From Aquifex aeolicus VF5 (lineage in GTDB: Bacteria; Aquificota; Aquificia; Aquificales; Aquificaceae): DNA of 32,000 nt. The notes beneath the pieces are model-generated. The model ran no database searches, was not told the origin of the DNA, and was given only the letters and a program-made list of their open reading frames with translations. The stretch lies in the NCBI RefSeq assembly GCF_000008625.1, contig NC_000918.1, positions 300,001-332,000 of the forward strand, written 5' to 3'. The stretch's first letter is position 1. Each line of letters opens with the position of its first letter. Shown in pieces: positions 9,613-16,509 of the stretch. The position numbers were made by a program, and so were the translations under genes.

Positions 9613-10614
9613 TTAAGGAAAGAGAATCAGATCCTCCATGAGTGGCATGAATACTTTGTAGTAGGGCGGTATGTGGGCAAGTGTCGTCATAACTTTTTCA
9701 TCGTGAACTTTCTTTATTTTGGGATTAACTGCGGTAAGTGCTGGGCCGAACATTGCAGACTCAGGACGCGACCACTCCATGTGAACTATAAACTCCTTGG
9801 GATGTCCTGCAGGCTCTAATTGAAATTCAGGTTTTCCGTACTCTCCCCATATGGTTTCTCTGGTTTTAGGAGGCACTGCTCCCCTGCTTGCCACTACTTC
9901 CCAGAACTCAGGAGGTTTTATCTGGAACGTTCCGTACGGGCTTTCCCCGATCTTTTCAAGAATCATCCAACCTATCATTCCCGCAGAGTACTTGTTGAGA
10001 AGTTCCAGTGTTTCAACAGCTCCCTCTATAAACTTCTCCTCCATTCCTTCCTTAACTTTGTGTATCCCTACTACTGCTATTCTCTGGGTCAGGAGCCTAA
10101 CTTTCGGGATTCCTCCCTTACCCTGCATAGCCTGCATCATAGATTCACCCAAGACTTTCGGAACATCGGTAAAGTCTATGACAGGGGGCATGTTGGCTTC
10201 TCGAACTACGTATATAGGTTCGTTCGGTCCTTCAACTACTTCTGTGAAACAACCCACGCAAAGTTCAAAAATCCTGTCGAATTGCTGGTAGTGCATTTCT
10301 TCGTGATCTTCCCACTTTTCCCACACCGTATACTGCCATAGCTCTAATGGGTTGTACTTTATAGCTGTAAGTCCTTCCCTTTGAATAGCTTCAAGACTAT
10401 CCGCATTTATAACTTTAGCCGCTCCAAACCTGCCACCGAGCGGATGAGCACCCACCTGAATAAACGCGTGAAAACCCAGAAATCCTTCGTGCATAGCTGT
10501 AGTTATGCAGACCTTAGGACCCACTTGGTACATTAGCTCTTGAAAACGAGGCGTGTTATTTACTTTGGCTTTGTTAATAGCTACAGCAACGCCTTTTTTA
10601 ATATCTGTCAGCAT
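9613..10614 (-). CDS. sor: Sulfur oxygenase/reductase (track start GTG 10623; ATG 10614 more likely)
   Basis: MLTDIKKGVAVAINKAK start; VGPKVCITTAMHEGFLGF cysteine; HEEMHYQQF...ELCVGC (mononuclear iron ligand region and CxxC); PKEFIVHMEWSRPESAMFGPALT. Matches SOR family by recall. Confidence 0.93.
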   Translation of the reverse strand: MLTDIKKGVAVAINKAKVNNTPRFQELMYQVGPKVCITTAMHEGFLGFHAFIQVGAHPLGGRFGAAKVINADSLEAIQREGLTAIKYNPLELWQYTVWEKWEDHEEMHYQQFDRIFELCVGCFTEVVEGPNEPIYVVREANMPPVIDFTDVPKVLGESMMQAMQGKGGIPKVRLLTQRIAVVGIHKVKEGMEEKFIEGAVETLELLNKYSAGMIGWMILEKIGESPYGTFQIKPPEFWEVVASRGAVPPKTRETIWGEYGKPEFQLEPAGHPKEFIVHMEWSRPESAMFGPALTAVNPKIKKVHDEKVMTTLAHIPPYYKVFMPLMEDLILFP

Positions 10615-10682
10615 GGCTCTCACATCCCTTTTTATCTTTCAATTTAGGTTTTAAATGTTAAGAAGGTTAGGAGGCAGGATTG

Positions 10683-10708
10683 GTTAACATAATTGCCATT
10701 ATGTTAAC
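10683..10708. promoter_or_regulatory. Perfect inverted repeat, candidate operator between divergent sor and peroxiredoxin genes
   Basis: GTTAACATAAT-TGCC-ATTATGTTAAC: 11-bp arms, 4-bp spacer, read directly from sequence. Confidence 0.6.
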
Positions 10709-10731
10709 ATTTTATTACCGGAGGCATCCAG

Positions 10732-11235
10732 ATGAAAGAATTCTTGATAAAGATACTTGTACTGCTCGGGCTTGCCCAACCGGGCAACGCTATACAGGAA
10801 GGTCAACCTGCTTACCTTTTTAGTTTGAATAATCACGAAGACAAAGTTGTAAACCTTTCCGACTACAAGGGCAAGTGGGTTGTGCTCTACTTTTATCCTA
10901 AGGCGGACACACCCGGTTGTACTACTCAGGCAAAGGAGTACACAAAACTGATGCCAGAATTCGAAAAACTGAACGTTAAGGTGTTTGGAATAAGCACTGA
11001 TAGTGTAGAAAAGATAAGACGCTTTCGGGAAAAGTACGGGCTTACCGTGGAATTCCTTTCCGATCCGGAGGGTATAGTTGCAAAGGCTTACGGAGTTACA
11101 CTCATAGCAGGTCTTTGTTCAAGGGATACCGTAATAATAAATCAGAATCTTATAGTGGAAAAGATCTACAGAGGAGTAAGTCCTTCTGCGGATCCCCATA
11201 AGGTTCTTGAGTACATAAAACAAAGAGCTTCATGA
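10732..11235 (+). CDS. bcp: Bcp/PrxQ-like peroxiredoxin with N-terminal signal-like extension
   Basis: YFYPKADTPGCTTQAKEY peroxidatic Cys motif; KVFGISTDSVEKIRRFREKYGLTVEFLSDPEG; N-terminus MKEFLIKILVLLGLAQPGNA resembles a signal sequence. GGAGG upstream. Confidence 0.9.
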   Translation: MKEFLIKILVLLGLAQPGNAIQEGQPAYLFSLNNHEDKVVNLSDYKGKWVVLYFYPKADTPGCTTQAKEYTKLMPEFEKLNVKVFGISTDSVEKIRRFREKYGLTVEFLSDPEGIVAKAYGVTLIAGLCSRDTVIINQNLIVEKIYRGVSPSADPHKVLEYIKQRAS

Positions 11236-11257
11236 GTTTTATAAAATAAACTCCATC

Positions 11258-11782
11258 GTGGGCTATATTTACATCGTTTCTTTCGGAGACGTTGAAGACA
11301 GACTTTTGCTTGCGGATGCCTCCAATGTAAAGGAGATATTTGATCTGGAAGTAAGGGTTTCCACTGTAAAAGCGGACATTGAAGAAGCCTACAACCCCCA
11401 GAGAAACCAGTACCATGCAGGAACGATTCTGAGCTACCTCTCAAGGGTAGTTTACCCGGATATGGTGAGGCTCGTAGCTCTGGTAAGTTTCGACCTCTAC
11501 GAGGAGGGACTTAACTTCGTCTTTGGAGAAGCCCAGTACGGGGGAAAGTACGCAGTTGTGAGCACTTACAGGCTTTATCATCCCGACGAGAGGGTATTCT
11601 TCGAAAGGGTTTTTAAAGAGACGAACCACGAACTCGGGCACACTTTCGGACTCAAACACTGCCCCGACCCCTACTGCGTTATGAGTTTTTCCAATTCAAT
11701 AGATGAGGTTGACAGGAAATCACGTGATTTTTGTCCTAACTGCAGGAGAAAACTGGACTACGTTTTATCCTATTACCGATGA
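11258..11782 (+). CDS. Archaemetzincin-family zinc metalloprotease (GTG start)
   Basis: HELGHTFGLKHCPDPYCVMSFSNSIDEVDRKSRDFCPNCRRKL = HExxHxxGxxHC...CVM...CxxC. Confidence 0.92.
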   Translation: MGYIYIVSFGDVEDRLLLADASNVKEIFDLEVRVSTVKADIEEAYNPQRNQYHAGTILSYLSRVVYPDMVRLVALVSFDLYEEGLNFVFGEAQYGGKYAVVSTYRLYHPDERVFFERVFKETNHELGHTFGLKHCPDPYCVMSFSNSIDEVDRKSRDFCPNCRRKLDYVLSYYR

Positions 11783-12390
11783 TAGGAAGAGTTTTCAGGA
11801 TTTTCAGAGAAAAGGGAGGAATTTTAAAGGCTCTCGGCCTTTGGGAGTGGTACGAAAACCTGCCGCACAAGTACCAAAAAAAGGTAAAACATTACTACTC
11901 TTTAAAAACTATAAAGAGTATAAACTTCCCTTACAAAGCCAAGCACTTTGATACGGGAGAAGTCGAAAACGTCCTCTACACAAAGAGAACCTTTTTAGGC
12001 ACGATAGCCCAGACTGCACTCCTTGAAGGTGACCTCGAATTTGCGGAATGGCTCTACAACGAAGCTCTGAAAATGGAAGGCAGTCCTTATGAGGCTCATC
12101 TCATTTTAAACGACCTCGTTTTGCTTGCCCAAAAACAAAGAGATTTGGAAAAGGTTAAAAAGTACGTCCTTCAGGACGTGGAACTTTACCCTGAGTACAA
12201 GGAAGAGTTAAAGAGCAGGTGGGGGGGAACCCTTCCCCAGATAATGGCTTTTGAGATTTACGTTTACCTTTTGGAGAGAGAAGGAAAGATAAAGGAAGCC
12301 CTTGAACTCGTGGAGTGGATAAAAAAAGAGGGGATAACCTACCCCTATTACGACCAAGTAAAGGAGAGACTACTTCAAAAACTCAAGTAG
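11779..12390 (+). CDS. Hypothetical helical, TPR-like protein
   Basis: TLLEGDLEFAEWLYNEALKMEGSPYEAHLILNDLVLLAQKQRDLEKVKKYV resembles helical repeats; 4-nt ATGA overlap with archaemetzincin. Confidence 0.7.
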   Translation: MIGRVFRIFREKGGILKALGLWEWYENLPHKYQKKVKHYYSLKTIKSINFPYKAKHFDTGEVENVLYTKRTFLGTIAQTALLEGDLEFAEWLYNEALKMEGSPYEAHLILNDLVLLAQKQRDLEKVKKYVLQDVELYPEYKEELKSRWGGTLPQIMAFEIYVYLLEREGKIKEALELVEWIKKEGITYPYYDQVKERLLQKLK

Positions 12391-12401
12391 AATTTATTCT
12401 T

Positions 12402-13838
12402 ATGAACGAAAAGTACGAGGCTGTAATCGGTCTTGAAATACACGTGCAGATGGACACAAAGACTAAGATGTTCTGTGGTTGTAAAGTGGAATTCGGAGCG
12501 GAGCCAAACACAAACGTTTGCCCCGTATGCCTCGGAATGCCCGGAGCACTTCCCATTGTCAACAAAAGGGCGGTTGAGTACGCGATAAGGGCTTCTCTGG
12601 CACTGAACTGCGAGGTTCACGAAGAGTCCGTATTTGCGAGAAAACACTACTTTTACCCGGACCTCCCTAAGGGATACCAGATATCCCAGTACGAAAAGCC
12701 CCTCGCCACGAACGGATGGGTGGAGTTAAACCTTCCAAACGGTGAAAAGAAAAAGGTAAGGATAAGGAGACTCCACATAGAAGAGGACGCGGGCAAGAAC
12801 ATACACGAGGGTGATAAAACGCTCGTTGACCTAAACAGGGCTGGAACTCCCCTTATGGAAATAGTAACAGAGCCCGACATAAGAACACCCGAAGAGGCGA
12901 GACTCTTTTTAGAAAAACTCAGGAACATAATGAGGTACGCGGGTGTTTCTAAAGCGGATATGGAAAAGGGACAACTCAGGTGTGACATAAACGTTTCCAT
13001 CAGACCGAAGGGCAGTAAAGAGTTCGGAACGAGGGTTGAGATAAAGAACGTAAACTCCTTCAGGTTCGTCCAGAAAGCCCTTGAGTACGAGATAGAAAGA
13101 CAAATTAATGTGGTTGAGGAGGGCGGAGAAGTCGTCCAGGAAACGAGAACCTTTGACCCTCAAACGGGCAAAACCTACCCCATGAGGACAAAAGAAGAGG
13201 CGGAAGATTACAGGTACTTCCCGGACCCGGACCTCGTTCCCCTGAAGGTAAAAAAGGAGTGGATAGAAGAAATAAAGAAGAACATGCCCGAACTCCCGGA
13301 CCAAAGGTTTGAAAGATTAATAAAAGAGTACGGACTTTCTGAATACGAGGCAGGAATACTCGTAAACCACAAGGAAGTGGGAGACTTCTTTGAAGAAGCG
13401 GTAAGACATTTCAAGGAACCCAAAGGGATAGTAAACTGGCTCATAAACGACCTTCTAGGACTCTTAAGGGATAAAGGCATCTCAATAGAAGAGAGTCCCG
13501 TAAAGCCCGAGCACTTAGCTGAACTCGTAAAACTCATAAAGGAAAAGGTTATATCCACGAAGATAGGAAAAGAAGTTATAAAGGAAATGGTTGAAACCGG
13601 AAAAACGCCTTCCCAGATAGTTGAAGAAAAGGGACTAAAGCAGATAACCGACGAAAACCAAATAAAGGAGCTCGTAAAGAAGATATTTGAAAAACACCCC
13701 AAGGAAGTGGAAAGATTAAAACAGGGTGAGGAAAAACTTATTGGCTTTTTCGTAGGACAGGTAATGAGGGAAACAAGAGGAAAGGCAAACCCCCAAGTCG
13801 TGAATAAAGTCATAAGGGAACTGGTAAAAGAAGTGTAA
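12402..13838 (+). CDS. gatB: Asp-tRNA(Asn)/Glu-tRNA(Gln) amidotransferase subunit B
   Basis: MNEKYEAVIGLEIHVQM, VCPVCLGMPGALPIVN, NRAGTPLMEIVTEPDI, GQLRCDINVSIRP, DYRYFPDPDL. Start corrected from track 12315 to ATG 12402. Confidence 0.97.
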   Translation: MNEKYEAVIGLEIHVQMDTKTKMFCGCKVEFGAEPNTNVCPVCLGMPGALPIVNKRAVEYAIRASLALNCEVHEESVFARKHYFYPDLPKGYQISQYEKPLATNGWVELNLPNGEKKKVRIRRLHIEEDAGKNIHEGDKTLVDLNRAGTPLMEIVTEPDIRTPEEARLFLEKLRNIMRYAGVSKADMEKGQLRCDINVSIRPKGSKEFGTRVEIKNVNSFRFVQKALEYEIERQINVVEEGGEVVQETRTFDPQTGKTYPMRTKEEAEDYRYFPDPDLVPLKVKKEWIEEIKKNMPELPDQRFERLIKEYGLSEYEAGILVNHKEVGDFFEEAVRHFKEPKGIVNWLINDLLGLLRDKGISIEESPVKPEHLAELVKLIKEKVISTKIGKEVIKEMVETGKTPSQIVEEKGLKQITDENQIKELVKKIFEKHPKEVERLKQGEEKLIGFFVGQVMRETRGKANPQVVNKVIRELVKEV

Positions 13839-13850
13839 AATAAAATTTAA

Positions 13851-14192
13851 ATGAACAGGCAACCTATGTTCTTCATACTTATTGTCTTACTCTTTACCGT
13901 TTTCTCCTTAAAAGAGTTTATTCCTAATACCTTCTGCATACACCCCAAAGAAGGCATAATACATCTTGAAAAGGAACATCCTAAAACCTTCTGTGAAAAA
14001 GATGAAGTTCATGTAAAGGTTCTTTCTGAAATTAAGAACCTTAAAGTTCAGTTGGATTTAGATAAAAGTTTTTCATTTACTTCTCCCTTCCGTATCTCCC
14101 TTAGCTTCGTAGTCTTAAAAAAACAAAATGCACTGCCTGAAAAATCTCCCCGCCGAGAAAGTCCCATAAAGACAGTCCGCCTACTTATTTGA
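13851..14192 (+). CDS. Small hypothetical membrane-anchored or exported protein, first gene of the efflux cluster
   Basis: N-terminal hydrophobic segment MFFILIVLLFTVFSL; Cys/His-containing NTFCIHPKEGIIHLEKEHPKTFCEKDEVH; no recognised family. Confidence 0.55.
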   Translation: MNRQPMFFILIVLLFTVFSLKEFIPNTFCIHPKEGIIHLEKEHPKTFCEKDEVHVKVLSEIKNLKVQLDLDKSFSFTSPFRISLSFVVLKKQNALPEKSPRRESPIKTVRLLI

Positions 14193-14244
14193 TTTTCCTC
14201 CCAAACTACAACCAGAATTCCTATTAAATCCCGGAGGTGAGAGT

Positions 14245-14643
14245 ATGTTTTGGGTTCTTTTAATTGTTGTGAGTTTGAGTTTTGGAGTGAGTATTGAGGA
14301 AGCGGTGAGAACTGCTATAAAAAACAATCCCGAAATTAAGGCACTTGAGGAAGAGATGAAAGTTTTCAAAGGAAAAGCAAAGAGTGCAACAGCCTTTCCG
14401 AACCCGGAACTGAGATTTGAGAGCGGTTTTATCACGAACGACGAAGACGGAAAGCCCAAAGGAAAGGCACTTTACCTCTTTGAGTTTAATCAACCTATCC
14501 CGATGTGGGGTATAAGGGAAAAGGCGAGAAGCGTAGTTAAAAAAGAAGAGGAGTCCTTCAAGTACTTCACAGATGCATATAAAAGACGGATAATCGCACA
14601 GGTTTACAGGAGCTTTTACAACTCACTTTTTCTAAAGGAGTGA
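14245..14643 (+). CDS. TolC/CusC-family outer membrane efflux protein, N-terminal part (split)
   Basis: Signal-like start and SIEEAVRTAIKNNPEIKALEEEMKVFKGKAKSATAFPNPELRFESG; stops at TGA 14641-14643. Confidence 0.85.
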   Translation: MFWVLLIVVSLSFGVSIEEAVRTAIKNNPEIKALEEEMKVFKGKAKSATAFPNPELRFESGFITNDEDGKPKGKALYLFEFNQPIPMWGIREKARSVVKKEEESFKYFTDAYKRRIIAQVYRSFYNSLFLKE

Positions 14644-15419
14644 CCAATATATGGAAGAAAAACTACGAAACCGCAAAGGAAGTAGAGGAATTCGTAAAAA
14701 AAGCCTACGAACTGGGTGACGTGACCGAACTGGAACTCCTAAGGGCAAAGAGGGAAAGAAGCATAGCGGAGGTAAAGCTAAAGGTAAGCCGTTCCAAGTA
14801 CGAGGCGAGCCTAAAAGAGCTTTCCAGACTTCTAGCAAAGGAAGTGAGGGACGTTGAAGGAGAACTTTCCGCAGGAGTAGCCATGAAGGAAGTGAATATA
14901 GACACGCTTCCCGTAGTTCTATCTATAAAGAAGAAAATAGAGGCTATAGACAGGCAGATTCAGCTGGAAAAGGCACTCGCAAAACCAAAGCTTGCAACTG
15001 GCTTTGTTGTAGAGGAGTCAGAAGAGGGATATTACGGTCTCAGGGGTTCCCTTACCTTGGAACTCCCCCTCTTTTACCGCAGGGAAGGAGAAATACTTCA
15101 AAACATCGCCATGAAGAAAGCCCTAAAGAGGAGACTTGAGGCGGAACTCCTGAAGGTAAAAAGCAGACTTGAATCCGTGAAGATAAGGCTTGAAACACTT
15201 CAGAAAGAACTTGAAAAGCTTGAAAGGGAAGTCATTCCGAGAGCAAGGGAAGAGCTTGCCCTTGCCATAAAGAGTTACAAGCTAAAGGCTATAACTCTGC
15301 TGGAACTTTCCGACGTGAGGAGAAAATATTACGAGCTCTTAATAAACAGGGCTGAATTGCTCTTAGATATCCACAGGACCTACTCTGAGTTCATAGAAAT
15401 AGGAGGTTGGAGGAGATGA
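14640..15419 (+). CDS. TolC/CusC-family outer membrane efflux protein, C-terminal part (split)
   Basis: Coiled-coil TolC continuation: TAKEVEEFVKKAYELGDVTELELLRAKRERSIAEVKLK... and second repeat ending SDVRRKYYELLINRAELLLDIHRTYSEF; begins with GTG overlapping the upstream TGA. Confidence 0.85.
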   Translation: MTNIWKKNYETAKEVEEFVKKAYELGDVTELELLRAKRERSIAEVKLKVSRSKYEASLKELSRLLAKEVRDVEGELSAGVAMKEVNIDTLPVVLSIKKKIEAIDRQIQLEKALAKPKLATGFVVEESEEGYYGLRGSLTLELPLFYRREGEILQNIAMKKALKRRLEAELLKVKSRLESVKIRLETLQKELEKLEREVIPRAREELALAIKSYKLKAITLLELSDVRRKYYELLINRAELLLDIHRTYSEFIEIGGWRR

Positions 15420-16495
15420 AAAAAATTCTCATTTATTTAATAACTCTTTTAGCCTTTTCCTTTGGAGGTGAAGAGCATGGGCATGAAGAGGAAATACACC
15501 TTACAGATAAACAGATAAAACTGCTCGGGATAAAACTCTACGAAGTTAAAAGAGAACCTGTGGGAAAGATTGTAAAGATGCCCGCTGAAGTAGAAGAAAA
15601 TCCCCTTCTCAATTACGTGGTTTACAGTCCCGTTGAGGGAATTGTGAGGAAGCTCTACAAGAAAGAGGGGGACCTCGTGAAAAAGGGAGAACCGCTTGCG
15701 GAAGTATACTCACCCGAGCTTGCGAACCTCATCGGGGAAGTTCGCACCGCAAAGGTAAGGATGGAAAGTGCGAGAAAGCTCTACGAGAGGTATAAAAAAC
15801 TTTACGAACAAAAGGTCATAAAGTACACGCTCTTTTACAACGCCATGGTGGAGTATGAGAGGGCTAAGGGTGAGTATGAGGCACTCCTTTCTAAACTCAA
15901 GAGTTTTGGAGAAGTAAAGGGCTACAACTTAGTCCTTCGCTCTCCCGGTAAGGGTTACGTTGTAAAGCAGAACGTCGTCCTCGGAGAAAGCGTGGGGCTA
16001 GACAACTTCCTCTTTAAGATTCACTCCCACGAGGTGGTTTGGGTTTACGGCTGGGCGGATGAAAAATCCGCAAAAGACATAAAGGAAGGGATGAAAGGCA
16101 CGGCTCTCTCTCACGAGGATAGACTTCCGTGTCGTGTGGACTACATCGGTCACGAGGTGGACAGAAAGACGAGAAGGGTAAAGGTAAGGTGTGTAGCTCA
16201 AAACAAAAACCATGTGCTAAAACCGGGGATGTTCGTGGAACTCCTCGTAAAAACACAAGGAGAACCTGCAATACTCATTCCCAAAAATGCAGTTCAGGAA
16301 ATTGAAGGAAAGAAAGTAGTGTTCGTCAGAACCGAGGAGGGATTTGAAGCAAGACCAGTAACTATACTTAAAGAGCTCAACGGCTACTACGTCGTCCTTG
16401 AGGGATTAAAGGAAGGAGAGAGAATAGCGGTCACGGGAACGGTATTCCTCAAAACTAAGCTCGTAGGAGTTGAAGAAGGAGGACATGCTCACTAA
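15416..16495 (+). CDS. Efflux RND periplasmic adaptor (CzcB/CusB-like)
   Basis: Signal-like MKKILIYLITLLAFSFG; lipoyl/hairpin region VVYSPVEGIVRKLYKKEGDLVKKGEPLAEVYSPEL; His-rich termini EEHGHEEE and EEGGHAH. ATGA overlap with upstream gene (track start 15407). Confidence 0.92.
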   Translation: MKKILIYLITLLAFSFGGEEHGHEEEIHLTDKQIKLLGIKLYEVKREPVGKIVKMPAEVEENPLLNYVVYSPVEGIVRKLYKKEGDLVKKGEPLAEVYSPELANLIGEVRTAKVRMESARKLYERYKKLYEQKVIKYTLFYNAMVEYERAKGEYEALLSKLKSFGEVKGYNLVLRSPGKGYVVKQNVVLGESVGLDNFLFKIHSHEVVWVYGWADEKSAKDIKEGMKGTALSHEDRLPCRVDYIGHEVDRKTRRVKVRCVAQNKNHVLKPGMFVELLVKTQGEPAILIPKNAVQEIEGKKVVFVRTEEGFEARPVTILKELNGYYVVLEGLKEGERIAVTGTVFLKTKLVGVEEGGHAH

Positions 16496-16509
16496 TCGGA
16501 GGTGGCGGT

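Noticed and set aside
9820-10341. Two overlapping plus-strand ORFs (173 and 146 aa) opposite sor
   Set aside because: sor is well supported on the minus strand; these are composition artefacts.
10683-10725. The palindrome as an intrinsic terminator (followed by ATTTTATTA)
   Set aside because: Stem is nearly all A/T, the U tract is interrupted, and it lies just upstream of the peroxiredoxin start rather than at a gene end.
12315-12401. 29-residue N-terminal extension of gatB in the ORF track
   Set aside because: Overlaps the upstream gene, and the canonical GatB N-terminus starts at MNEKYEAVIG (12402).
13208-13813. Long minus-strand ORF (201 aa) opposite gatB
   Set aside because: gatB is unambiguous; the antisense frame is Ser/Phe-rich and is what AAG/GAG-rich coding produces on the complement.
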